DNA of 64,000 nt from Raillietiella orientalis. Its lineage: Eukaryota. The stretch lies in contig JAYWIR010000024.1 of NCBI GenBank assembly GCA_036172245.1, forward strand, positions 2,170,001-2,234,000. The letters are read 5' to 3'. The translations under genes were made by a program, and so were the position numbers. Positions 24,801 through 37,680 of the stretch are shown piece after piece; positions within the stretch are counted from its first letter, which is position 1, and every line of letters begins with the position of its first letter. Under the pieces are notes generated by a model, which saw only the letters and a list, made by a program, of their open reading frames with translations, was not told the DNA's origin and did no database searches.

Positions 24801-27800
24801 ATTTTCGATTTTTCCTATGGAGTTACGATTTAAATAAGTGTATATGGTTTTGCAGAAATCTCACTGCATTCTCTCAAAAAAACAAGAACAAAAACAAAGA
24901 ACTTCATAATTGCTTCGCAAGATCTGAGGCTTAAAAATACTTTTCAGGATGGCTGTTTACTCATTTACACATTTCGATTCTTGCATTATTAACAAATATT
25001 AAGTGAACCTGTTTGGAAGTCGGAGAATAATCGATCGCATGACAAAAATTCTTAAACCCCAGGAAAAGCTATTTTTTTCAAGTGTAATGAAAGCCGTTTA
25101 ACTTCTATCTTCAAAACTTAATTTTGCTCTCAGTACTGAAGAAATTTTTTGTTAATTACATGCCAAGTAGTTAAATCCGTAGTGATGAGGAAACCGGAAG
25201 CTAATGATTTCATGTTGTCTAAGGGATCGCAAGCAGGGAAAGTGGATTCATTTGAATTAGTACATGGCAATGGAATGCCTTTTCATTTAATAGGTTTCTA
25301 AGCCAATGTGCTTGGAATTGCAGAGATAACTTTTATTCTACAAATTCCTGAAAAATCTGAACGATTTTATATGAATTCACTTTGGCTGTGATGTGTACGA
25401 TATTTGTATTTTCTGAAGCTTCAAATTCCTTGCATAAATGGCAACCATGTCGCGAAATGAAGAATAAAACACGTTGTCACTCGTTCTACGTGTATATTCA
25501 CTTTCCTTATTAGGAGGATGCAACGAAGTTTGCATAAGATAATCTGATACTCAAAATGAGTCATAATTAGGATCTTCCCTCTTGTACTTAGTTTGCCGTT
25601 TTCTTGATGGTTCAAAGCTTCAGACGAAAATACTTACCAAAGGAAGTGCCAATATAATATTCACGAATTAAAAAAACGCTAGTAGTTATTTTGATTGAAA
25701 TCATTTTTCCCTTGGAATTAGCTAGGATTATCCTCTTTCTTTGAAGAGCACTTTATGGCCATTAAATGAGAACACGAGCTTCTAATTTTTTTTCTTTTTA
25801 GTGTTCTCTGTGATAAGCTAATAACCAGTTATATTGAAAGCAATTATGAAATCCTCATGAAGAAGTTCTCTGTACTGAATCCCGTGCTAAAGTATTTGCC
25901 TCCTCTTTTAAAGTAGGAAGTTGAAACAAATACTGAACGAAATGAAAATGCAAAAATACATTTCATCTGCCACTTGTGATTCATTTTTTGCTTTCCAAAG
26001 AGCCCTATGATGATCCAGATATCTCCTTGTTTCTTTGTTCTTTTCTCGAGATACCTTCAATTGGACGCCAGTCTTGAGTTATCTTAACAGAGTGAATATA
26101 TCTTTCCTCTGAGTTTTCTTCATAAGTAGCAGCAAAGGTAATCAATCAATAAGGATCAGTTGACAATCAAAATCGACTTTCAAAATATTTCATTTCGTAT
26201 CACCCTATCCACCTCTAAATGAGTCCACGAACAGCACTGCACCCGATTATTCCCATCTAACATCATAAATGATTTTTGCTTCCCTTGCAGTTCCCCCGAA
26301 AACAAAGGTTTTAAAGTATTCATAAGCACGCGTGCACTTTATTCGTGAACGTTTGCGGTTCGTACAGGGAACAAAAAGCACAGGCGATCCCATCCCCCCT
26401 TTCATCCACGACTGGTAGGAAGATCCCCCACCCCACCCATTCTGAGCAGGGCCGTGGACTCTGGACGGGGGGTTTCGGCGCTTTTGGCTTCGCCGATGGC
26501 CCACCACAGAAAGGCATCGATCTTTGGCATTTCTGCAAGGAAATGGCCGAACAGAACGTGCGCGCAGGTGTGTCTGTGTTTGTTTGTGTGTGTGTGTGTG
26601 TGTCAAAGGCAAAGAAACCAAAGAAGAACCGTGCGCGACCAATTCCTTGAACTGTGAAGTGAGATGGTGGTGTTCCGTTCCCCTCTGAATATGTAATGAG
26701 AAAGTGACGTAAGAGATGCGCAGGATGCGGAAATGTATCATTCCCGAATGCATTATTGCACGTAAAATTCAAAAAGAAAAAAAAAAGGGGGTTTTCACGG
26801 TAATAACAGAATTGCTCAATATATTGATCAATTCTGCTGTTTGAAAACTGAGAACTGCATGTTGTCGGTTGAGAGTAATTTTACAAGTGTGGCAAAAATT
26901 GCAGTGAACGTGCATGGCTTCTTTAAGAGCCTGGGCAACAGAAAAAAAAAAAAAAGTTTGATGAAATGGAAAAAAAAAAAAAAAATGGCGTGCGAATTTC
27001 CTGCAGTGTGTGCAAAATCTTCTTTGGTATGATGAACCTGGTCGTGAAAACTTTGTAGGATAAATTAAAAAAATCCATGGATGCAGTCAGCGGAAAGCAT
27101 GAGTGAAATGTAACAGAATGAGTCGCGACCCTTCTTTAATTTTGAACTCTTTTTTTCGATCACTCAATCTGAAATTCACTTCACCGCACATTGCCCACTC
27201 TTTCTCTTGTGCTTTGCAGAATTTTTAAGGAAGCGGAATTCGTGCCGACACTTGGAGTAGACTTTCCGAGCACCACATTGCTACCTAATGAAATTTAGTG
27301 TTCTGCATCCCGTTGTCCGAGTGTTGTTCAGGATTTGCAAGATGCTGGAGATACGTGACGAACTCTTGCGTTTTCGTTATCTAAGTTCCCACTTGTCGGT
27401 TGTGCAGTTCATCTTGAAATATTCTCAGTTACTGTTGGATGATGCGAGGATGACTTGCAACTTCACCTATCCTGCAACCTTCCCCCGAAATCTCAAGGAA
27501 CTGGAAGCACTCATCACGAAAGCCAGGGAGATCATAGAGATTCAACTTTTCATAACACGCACTTCACCCAACCTGGTTGATATCCCTTCTCTCCTTATCA
27601 ACACGAGGAACTACGGGTGAAGTCTCAAAATTTATTTTCGAAATCTTCTTTGCGAAACAATTTTTTTTTTTTTTTCCTTTACAATAAGACAAAAAAAAAA
27701 AAAAAAAGGGAAACTCCCTCTGTGGATTTAACCGATAAGTGCACTCATGAAATCAGTTCTGACGCAAAACGAGGATGAAAAGTGACGAGTCTTGATGGAT

Positions 27801-30800
27801 CTTTTAACTAGATGCGCCATGTGCTCTGTCTGTGTTCCTGAAGAAGCTCGAGAGAGGTTCCTTCCGTAGATGGACGCTGGCGACGTCGCGTAGCAAGGCG
27901 GCTCAGCAACGCCATCACTTGGATGATTGAGCTGAGGGGGATCAAACTTTGATCGGAATCGTTCGGTTTTTGAGTTTGATGCAACTGCGTTCTTGGGTGC
28001 CATGCAGTTGGTATCTCAATGTTGAGAACTGGTGGCCTTTCCATTTCTTCTTGCATTTGACCATGAGGAACCTTATTGGAAGAAAGCGAAATCGAAAGAA
28101 AGCTCATTAAAGGTTATCGCACGATTCACAATGGAATTATACTCTTGAAGAATTTAAAAAGAACAAGCAAGTGGACATTCGATGGAAATAGAGAGGGTTT
28201 CTGAATTTCCCACCTCCATGCATTCAGTCATGGTAGTTTCGATGTATGCCGTAGGGATTTGCCTTGAGAGGATATTTGTCAAAACAAGATATGCCTGACT
28301 TACTATCGAACTCGTCAAGAAACTGGGTGTGGTTTCAGCAGGAAACTTTGATTTAATTTTCATGAAATTCCTTATGAAAATTGGGCAGGGCGTGATCCTG
28401 TGACACCATGCGCATGTTTGCCTGACTTGTGTATGTTGAGGGAAAGCTTCATCGGAATAATTTTTTGTGGGTCCAATAAATCACGGTTCCCACGAGATCC
28501 CTGCCCTGAATAGTTATGTGCAGTTCTCGGAAAAAGTGGAGAGAATATTTGCTGACGAAAAGATACGGTCTTCTTCTGATCTGGTCTCCTCCGCCAGAGT
28601 CCGTCTGGACACGATTTGTTTTTCCCCGCGTTCCCAGAATCTCCGGAGAAGTTATTGGCATGTATGTAGGCAAGAAAGGCGATGCGCTGCCTTCATCATG
28701 AGCTGGGCAATCGATTTCTGGGTCCTTCGCAGTGACCAAGGATTTTCCCATCTTCCCTGCAGATCTGGGTTCACAGGCTCCGACTGCACGAATCCCTCGG
28801 ACGGGGGGAAAGTCAACCACCACCTTGTTGCAATTTCTAGCATGTCTTCGGCCACATTTGCGAAATCGACGGTCGCTGCTTCCGACGATTTCATGGGCCA
28901 CCTTTACCGCACCGTTCGCCACGTTATCGGGGATCGGTTGCTTTCTTGTCAGCCATTTTTCGGGTCCAGCGTTTTTTAGAGCCCTTGCACTGAATTTCTC
29001 AGCCGCAAAGGTTTCGTTTCGCAGGATTGAAAAGGGATCAAAGCTATGGATTTTTCGTACACAGCATATTTGAAAAGCAGTTATTTTTTCATCTCCTATC
29101 TTTTTGATTATTGGCCGATTTTAATTCGTCTTTTTTTTTTTTTTTTTTTCTCCTTCCTGTGTATACACATGCAAAAAGATGATCAATGAGTGATCTCGTA
29201 CGATGAGAGACCATCATTATCCGAAATGGGTATCGTACCCTAAATTGCCATTCTGGATCACGTGAGAATGCAAATAATGTATGAAGGATGCGAATTTGTA
29301 TTTGCTGGAGGATTTTCATCATTCAGGCGCATTAAGAGACGGCATACGTTCTTCCTTTCTTTGGTACTTCTTACTGACGTTCGTATCTTCAGTGAGAAGT
29401 TCAAGTTTTGATAAGCTGACGGAGCAGAATCGGCGAGAGAATCGCTGTGCTCCCAACAGCTATTCCAAGTAGAAGAATTCTTCTCATTCGACATCGAATG
29501 CGTACGTCCTATTCTTTCTCCAACATCAAATGTAAATGTTGCTCGTTAAAAAATCCTAGTGCAATAATTTCCAATTATACATTTATGACTAATACTAATG
29601 CGTGACGACATTCCATGTCAAGTAAAAAAAAAAAAAAAAAAAAATGTGTTTGGTAATCTTGAGATCTTAACATTTCGGTGCATATCTATATCATCTGAAA
29701 TGTTAAGCTAGAGAAAAGAACTCTTTTGAGTGCTTAAAGCACATTTTAAAATGGATCTGCAAAATGTGGAGCACATTTTGATAAGTTTCTTCAGTTGGGA
29801 ATTGAATTTAAGGAACCTCAGAGTCACAGATTAAAATAAGTGACTTGCCTTAGCAAGTTGGATCTGTCCGAAAAAAATCAGTGCACGCGTAAGGTGGTTT
29901 TCTCAGGAGGAAAACTTTCTTCGGGAAAGAGGTTATCTCGTATTCCAGCAGTTAGGTTCTGCTCAAAATGGCAGTTCTCTCTGTCGGACATTCATTCCGG
30001 TTCTTTGATAGACGTTTTTGTTGCTTTTTCCGGACGAACAGCACTGGTTTGAAGCATCTTTCGCTTCCTTGCTGATCTCGAATTCCTTATTGGCCAGAAT
30101 AGATCGAACTCCAGGTCCAGGAGACTGATTCAGCGTTGCCACCGGTTTCGCTCCTTCGAGATCCATGTTCTTTCGAGATGCGAGTGTTTCATGCTTTTTG
30201 TTTTCCTTTAAGGAAAAAAAGAAAAGAAAATTCGATCCGATGTATCCCCGAAGCTTTCGTACTTTGCAAGTTAAAGATCCCTGCCTAATTTCTATAACCC
30301 ATTCAGTTTTTCTACAGGCTTGTCGCGTAACCCTTTCATCTAAAAAAAAATATACACTGCTTCTCTAAATTGCGCTTTCGAATATTCCAATTTGAAAGAG
30401 CCTCTCTGCTTCTTCTAAATCAATCGTCTTTTGGAAGCGTGCGTTCTATTTCTAAAGAAGGATGATTCCTTTTCTGCATAATTGTGAGCATGAAAGCTGT
30501 CATAACTGTCAGCAAAAAATAACACAGTTGTCTTAATGCGTTCCCTGATGAAAGTATCGGGTAAAGTTTTTCGAAAGTAATCTTGAACAGCAAGGAGGCC
30601 AAAAGAGGTGCCTTCAAAATTAAGAGTAAATTAAAAATGACACGAGCATCCGAAGGTTGCAATCCTGCGAATCGTTCTGAGCGTCATCACCTATTCTGTC
30701 CCATTAGCACCTCTTCTCTCGTTCCTACAGCCGAATGTTGCAAAAGGACAAATGAGGAACAACTGATCGCGTATCGACTTGGCGGGTACACCCCTGGAAA

Positions 30801-31240
30801 TCGAGGGAGGTCACGTTGGTCTTTTATGAAACCATGGAAAGATGGTTTGCAAATATAAAACGTAATGTAAAAAATGCCAAAGAATGACTGCATTGGTTAA
30901 TTATCAAAGCAGAGCGTGCGTATGATGAAATCCAATAGCTGAATGGCTTTCCGAGCTTTTTCTGTACGACTTTATGAGATGAAAAGTATTTCGTTTCTCC
31001 CATCCACAAAGTAATCATTCAGGTATTGCCGTCTAAAATGCTTCCGATGTCTGGCTGTTACAAGCACTGTTCCTTGAATGCTGGATATCTCTTAAGTACT
31101 GTTTGAAATGGAATGTGTACATTAGAAGGAAAAGAATCGAAACGTTTGTTTGTTTCATTCGTTTTTCCGATCATTGCTCCTCCAAGAAAATTCACGAATT
31201 CTTTTTTTTCCCTCTCCCCCAAAGAGGTTTGGTGCAAATA

Positions 31241-32275
31241 ATGATTTGCAGCAAAGGAGCCGAAAAGGAAATAGAAGGACTTTCTGTTGCTCGTCTCGAA
31301 AACCTGGATTCATCGCACATCAGCCGCTTAAAGAAACTTTTAGAACTTCTTCTACCATTCGTTAAAGATGCTCTTCACAAGGGCATGTCCTATACCTACT
31401 TGAAAGATGCTCAGTTGGTGTATAAATTGATACGGCACATATATTATGCAAAGGCAAAGAAGAACGAAGGCGTCATGCATGTGGAATCAAGCATATATCT
31501 GCGTTCCGCTTACGCTCTGGAAGAGGAATCCATGAATAAAATGGACAGCGTGCAAAAGATCCTTGACCAAGCATACATAATCGAGTGGACATCCTGGTGC
31601 ACCCAGACGTTGCGCAAGTGTGAATTCGTTAATGTTCTGACAGAATTCGTTTTTGAAACCTCTGATACCATTTCCAACATGCTTGCTGCGGATGGAAGTC
31701 GTCCCGATGACAGTTACCATGACAGAGACCTCTCTCAGATGACACACCTCATGCAAGTTCTTCGAAACGAAATCGAGCTGCTAACCGCGTGCTCCGTGAA
31801 CAATAACGTATTTGGTACGTGGATTCTTTGCGATGTGATGCATACAATCTCTTGTAAACTCTGGTACTTGTGCAAGCGCGCTTTGAAGCACTTACACAAG
31901 AACAGTTGTGTATTCCCAAACTTGGCGAACCACGAACCGTGTTGCCAGACGATTGCGGAGACCTTATCAGCAAATGTTAATCAGATACTGAAAAAGACCA
32001 AATTCTACATGAAGAGTTGTTCCTTCGGAGCGAGGTCGAAGTGGCGGTGCTTGAAGACGGAGTGTTCCAAGTTCCAGCAAAAATCGCATTTCATGTGCAC
32101 GCACTGTCTTCACAAAAGAATGCAGAAGAGAAAGACCAACAGATACGAGAACATGTACGGTCAGTGTAAAGAATGGGACAGAGCACAGGAAGGAGCGTCA
32201 CCAAAGTGGACTTCAAGAGAGGGGAAATTCTACAAGAAATGCCCAAAGATCAACTCCGCCTATCTTGACATGTAA
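31241..32275 (+). CDS. Uncharacterised ~344-aa protein, helical-looking N-terminal part and Cys/His/Lys-rich C-terminus
   Basis: Frame open 31103-32275 in moderately AT-rich DNA, too long to be likely by chance. First ATG is at 31241, just after a pyrimidine tract and AG (~31201-31226), so upstream exons are possible. Confidence 0.65.
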   Translation: MICSKGAEKEIEGLSVARLENLDSSHISRLKKLLELLLPFVKDALHKGMSYTYLKDAQLVYKLIRHIYYAKAKKNEGVMHVESSIYLRSAYALEEESMNKMDSVQKILDQAYIIEWTSWCTQTLRKCEFVNVLTEFVFETSDTISNMLAADGSRPDDSYHDRDLSQMTHLMQVLRNEIELLTACSVNNNVFGTWILCDVMHTISCKLWYLCKRALKHLHKNSCVFPNLANHEPCCQTIAETLSANVNQILKKTKFYMKSCSFGARSKWRCLKTECSKFQQKSHFMCTHCLHKRMQKRKTNRYENMYGQCKEWDRAQEGASPKWTSREGKFYKKCPKINSAYLDM

Positions 32276-32586
32276 AAAGCCATACAAGGGGATGGAGATT
32301 CCTATGTGAAACATCAGGCGTGCATAAACGGTTCAGGTAAACTCAGTGAACTATGATTATGAAATTGGGATGAGCTCGAGCAGTGCATTCAAATCTCACA
32401 AAAGCGTTATAAAAAAAAAAAAAAAAAAAAAAAAAAGTGTGCAAGTTGATAGGCTCACTTTTTCCTATACACTTTCCTAAATCAGTTTTCCCTAGTGTGT
32501 GCAGCCCGTAAGCTCTGTTTTGGCTAATTGTACTTTAATAAATGAAGATTCATTCAAAAAGGGGGAATGTGCTTGTACACACACAT

Positions 32587-32619
<33 letters not shown>

Positions 32620-33642
32620 GATCTCCCGGTTCGCGGCTGTCGTCGGCGTTTGGAAGCCAGAATCCGGTGATCTTGGTGAAACCGTTCATTACGGTTGAGC
32701 TGCCTAATAAGTGGTTCCAAACAAGTCGGTCACCCGTTTTTGTAGCTTGCAGCGTGGTGGTGGTGGTGGTGGTGGTGCAAAACGATCCAAAGCAAAAAAG
32801 ACAAAGATCATTGTTTGTGTTTCAGAAGCATTACTTCGCCTCGTGTGTTTCTGTGAAACTTTCACCGCCCTTTGCATTCCATTTTTGCAGGGAAAAAGGA
32901 AGAAGGAGGAGGAGGAGGAAAAAGTCTTCAATAAACCGAATCGGAAAAATCGGAAACGATTGCAGCCTTATTGGCACTGCAAGCGAGTGCGCGTTCCAAC
33001 AAGAGGGGCGTCTTGGAGAAGTATCCTCCAAGAAACGAGATCTCTGTCCTTCACTGACTCTCTTTGTTTGATTCCGATCATCGATTCAGCTCGGGACGGT
33101 GTGTTTAATTGACGGATTGGACGGGAAATCGAATTCAGGTACTTTGAAATCTCATTCAAGGGAATTTTTTTTTTTTTTTTTTCAAACGTCTGCGCGCTCA
33201 ACAGGCGTCATATATTTGCGATCGCGTTTCGTCTCGTTTTCCGACCAGCTTCAGGTTCTCACAAAGAAGGGAAGAATCCCCATCTCGGAATTTCGAAAGT
33301 TTGCCGCAAGTGCCCCCCCCCCCTCCCTCCCTCCTTCCTTGTGCTGTAAAAATGGGGACAAGTGGAAATCCTGAATGGAAAGGCCAACAAGTATCCGAAC
33401 CAGAGGCTGGAACCAAATAAATAATGATTTCATGTTCTCTAAGAATAATAGGAAACGTCTGTCCTCCGTCGCTGCTGCTGCTGCTGTTTTTCGAATCATT
33501 TCGAAAGACTGCCATGTTAGAATTCGAAGACATTATCGGGAACGCTTCCATTCTTATCAGGAAAGTACACGTGGATGGGAACACTAGTAGGGGGCAAGCC
33601 AGCAGTGAGGAAATCTTTAATAAGAGGAAACCTCTCAAGCCA

Positions 33643-34218
33643 TTAACCCTCCGTGGTCAGAATTTTCTTTAAGGCTATAAAAAAAATTCATGTAACGTGA
33701 AAAAAAACAAAACAAAACAAATATCAACCTCTAAACACAAATTAATAATGGATTCAGTGGTTCAAATGATTTTATGATAACGAATATGCTTTGTAACCTT
33801 GGCCTACAACGTCTGCACTTGAGCGTATGGAATTCCGTGAAACAATCCGTAAATTGACATAAAAAAAAACAACAGCCAAAGAATTTTTCCATTTCATTAG
33901 ATGACACACCTATGGATTTTGCTGGATTACGTCGCAGTGCATATTGCTTATAATTTCATCATCGAATAATTTTCGGAAATAGGTCATAGGAGAGTAGGGT
34001 CCCTCAGGATCTACAGGACAATTTCCTTTCCAAGGAAGATGAAGACTGCTTTTCGGATGATATACTGATTGCCCAGAAATTTTTTGTGATTTTGAATTTT
34101 CATCATCTGATGACGATTGCCCACCAAATTCATCGTTTCTATCAATGATGTTTGAACGTCGTCGGGTAAACTCTGTTGGCTGATCTTCGTCCGAGTCAGA
34201 TTCGACTAAAGAATCCAC
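33643..34218 (-). mobile_element. Decayed, internally deleted piggyBac-superfamily DNA transposon
   Basis: An acidic N-terminus is followed by SPMTYFRKLFDDEIISNM and, across frameshifts, VSSNEMEKFFGC..FMSIYGL. These resemble the conserved N-terminal blocks of piggyBac/PGBD transposases. TTAA|CCCT at 33643-33650 matches a piggyBac target site plus terminus. The other terminus was not found. Confidence 0.7.
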
Positions 34219-35859
34219 GGATCCATTACCTCGAATGCTTCTTGTTCTTACTACTGTTTTATCTTTGTATTATGCTTTGGTATTCCTGTTTTAGACCTCC
34301 AGTATATAAAACTAAAAAAGAAGAAAGAAAGAAAACACAAGCGTCATCGCAAATACACCGAATCCTACCATTACAGCTCATTACGACTTGAAAGTCACAA
34401 GGCCATATCACGTGAAAATAATAACAAAATGATTCTTTAAATGCAAACAAATGAGGGATGACGGATATGCAAACCAAGAGCTATTACGTAGGTTTTTTCT
34501 CGTTTATCAAAACACCGATAGAACGAAAGATAATAACAACTGCACAGGATGGTTCCCACAACTTTCATCTATAGGCAACTCGCAAAAGCATTTACCCCTC
34601 GATATCTCGGGTTAGAGTTGATATCCGTCACCAAGACTGCCATTGGTTACCAAGGAGACGCTATACAACAAGATGTACATGCCGCCTTGAGGTAAAAAAT
34701 CAAATACATCAATAAGATACCGATATATTAGTATGTGGCTGTAAATGGCTGTAAACCAGCCGTCGTACCTGTTTTGTCACATCCGCGTTGCTGGGCAACG
34801 TTTTCCGGCAAGAGCGCCCCGTTACAAGCCTTGGTTCACACTCGCAACGGGAGGCGCGAACCTCCTGCTTCCCCAATCCCTCCGCCGAAGACCTACAGGA
34901 AATGCTGATCTGAAAAAGATGGAACGCTCTCGCAGTTGTCCCAAACTCTCGGAATCCGTTGGGTTAGCGTTCGCCGACGAAGGTTTCTAAATAATCCGTA
35001 AATTAGCCTGCCCCGTGCGCACGCTCTTATCTCTGGACATTGTATTTCATCTTCCTTCCTGTTATCAGCCCCACTCCTAATTTCTCCCTGATTTCTTTTC
35101 CACTTTTTTTTTGTTTTGTTTTTGCTTTGCTTTGTTTGTTTGAGATGGGCCTCGTCGGTTTTCCTGGCTGCTTTGAGAGATGCCCTGAGGATATATACCT
35201 GTGCACATGTGCCCAACACGCTGGTTGAGGTTGGAAGCTCAGACGTCACTCGAAATGGGTCACGGATTTGAAAGTGCGGACGGTTTCGCTTTTGCGATTT
35301 TCCGAGCTGTCGAGCGATTCCGGTTGTAGGCAGTGGTGGTGCTCAGGAGCTTCCTGTTTGCTCTTGATCAACTGATAGGGTGGTGACTCATCGTCCGCGA
35401 ACATAAGCAGGCCGGTGAAGACTTCCCCCAAATTACTCGGAACCGGACGCGGCTCTCGACAACTGACTGGGTGACTCTCGGTATTGAATGGCTGAGGATG
35501 AGAAACCAACTCTTGCTTTCCTAACAAAAGAGGACACGGAAAAGCCGCGAGTAAGAAAGGAGAGAGTGCAGACCTATGACGAAGGCACGGATACAAATAA
35601 GTTGGAGGTTCAAGCAATTGAAGAGTTACCGAACCGCAAACAGGAATAAGAGAAAACGAATCTTGATCAGAAAGAGTTGTCAACGGAATCCAACCCCCCT
35701 GGTAGTTGTGGTGATGCCGATGGGCATCTGGTGAAGAGAGCTTGGGAACCAGCCCGATGCAAGATGGTGCATGGCGCATTCTTTTAGTGAAAAAGAGAGG
35801 GTCGAGTTCCCGTTTCGAACTTTCGAATGGGCAGGCGACATGCAGGTCCACAATTTGCT

Positions 35860-37680
35860 ACACGTGCCTTACCGACCATAGGATGCCTTTTTGAATGGGA
35901 AATGGGGAGCCGGCACCCGGTATCCCCCTCTGCTCCCTCCCAGAGCATCGGGGAGCCTCCGAGCTCTGGGAAACGGTGTCGCATGTGTGAGTCGCTTGGG
36001 GGCTCCCAGTCTCCAGTTCTTCCGAGTAGCCTCCACGGTCCATTCCATTCCATCATTCCGTCCGGTCTGCAGTCCACAAGGAGTTGCTTCTTCGAGGCCG
36101 CCGACCCAGCCGATGCTTCCAGCGCTGTCGTGGGATAAAGGATAACGCACCGTCTTCCTCCTCTCGTAAGCAGCCTCTGCACTTTTGGATTGGAAACAGG
36201 TGGCTTTCAAACGGGCAGCGGCTAAGACAGGAGGCGAGGAAAGACGATGACTCCCCACCACCGTTTCTCGGAGTGGACGAACCGCGAACACCCCGCTGCT
36301 TTCTTCGATCCGGAGAGGAGTGGCTCCTGTGGGAACGGTCGGGAACGTCATACGTGCCGCCGGACGGACTTCAGGGCTCCGCTGCCTCAGCTCCGCGTGC
36401 CAGCTGTCTGTTGGCAGAGTGACAACGGTAGCTTGGGGAAGACCTCGCAGCCACCTCGTCTTCCACATGACGATCGCTTGCCACCGAGGTCCTGACAGCA
36501 CTGTCTGCACCGACTGAATGGGATGCAGACGGAGCCCTAGGGAATGGGGGGGAGAGGTCGGATGCTTTCGCGATGGACGTTCTTTCGAAGACCTCTGAAT
36601 GCTGTTCTTCCCTGCACCTCTGGTACTTTCTTATTGTGCCTGTGGAAACCTTCTGGTAGGCAAAGGCCATTCCACGTTTTATCCTCTCACGTGCATGCCA
36701 GGCCATCCATCGTGGGGCTCAGCTGCCACCTGATCCATGTGGCTGGAGTCGCTCGCACACGAGTGGAATGCATACTGCCTGTCACCTGGATCCCATTCAA
36801 TCCACGCTGGTGCCTCATCACGGGTCGACTCCCAAAGCAGTCTTCATGCGCCGTCCTCTTAGCTCTGCTGACTCGACCTTCTGAATCCGCAATTTTGGAT
36901 TGGAAACGGAGGGATTCAAATGGGAAGAGAAGGCGGCAGACGAGGGAGGACCAGGCGACCGTCCTAGGATTTGAATGCCTTGCATCTTCCTGCATCCTCC
37001 TCATCAGTCCTGGGATCCTCCCCGCCGCAGTTCCCCAGAGCAGTATTGCAACGGGCTGGCTGTTCGCCCATTCGTTGAAGCACAGATCAAGAGAGGCTGC
37101 TTGAAAGCAACGGAAGATGGCCATCTGGGACTGCCTGGTCCATCCCCTTCTTCGATCAAGCTCCCTGTTCAACGAATGAGGCCGACGCCGTCGAGGCCTC
37201 CTGCCGTCTCACAAAGCCCCGCGGAGATCTTGAGAAGAAGCTGGACTCCGAAGACCAGCTCTCTGCTCTTCGAGAGGAGCTTCGGCCTCGCTGCGGGTGC
37301 CCGTCGCAGGTTCCTCGGAGATCCTGGGACCAGGGGGAAGGGCTGGTGCTGATGACCTTCAGCGGCGACACACGAAAGGAAGAAGGTGGTGCGTTCCGAC
37401 GTCCGGTTATCCTACGACAGCCGCTGGAAGCATCGGCTGGGTCGGCGGCCTCGAAGAAGCAACTTGTGGACTGCAGACCGGACGGAATGGTGGAATGGAA
37501 TGGACCGTGGAGGCTACTCGGAAGAACTGGAGACTGGGAGCCCCCAAGCGGCTCACATATCGTTTCTCAGAGCTCGGAGGCTCCTTGATGCTCTGGGAGG
37601 GAGCAGAGGGGAATAGGTACCGGGTGCCGGCTCCCCACTTCCCATTCAAAAAGGCATCCTATGGTCGGCATGGCACGCGT
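35860..37680. repeat. Long inverted repeat: arms ~35860-36138 and ~37407-37680, spacer ~1.27 kb
   Basis: Manual reverse-complement alignment gives about 11 substitutions and 4 short indels over ~280 nt. The same peptides (e.g. WNGPWRLLGRTGDWEPPS) appear on opposite strands in the ORF track. Confidence 0.95.

Noticed and set aside
25180..25260. GTGATGA box C-like motif suggesting a C/D snoRNA
   Set aside because: No properly placed CTGA box D or terminal stem.
32410..32436. Poly-A tract after the orphan ORF as evidence of retroposition
   Set aside because: A/T homopolymers of 15-25 nt occur throughout the window; no canonical AATAAA or target-site duplication was seen.
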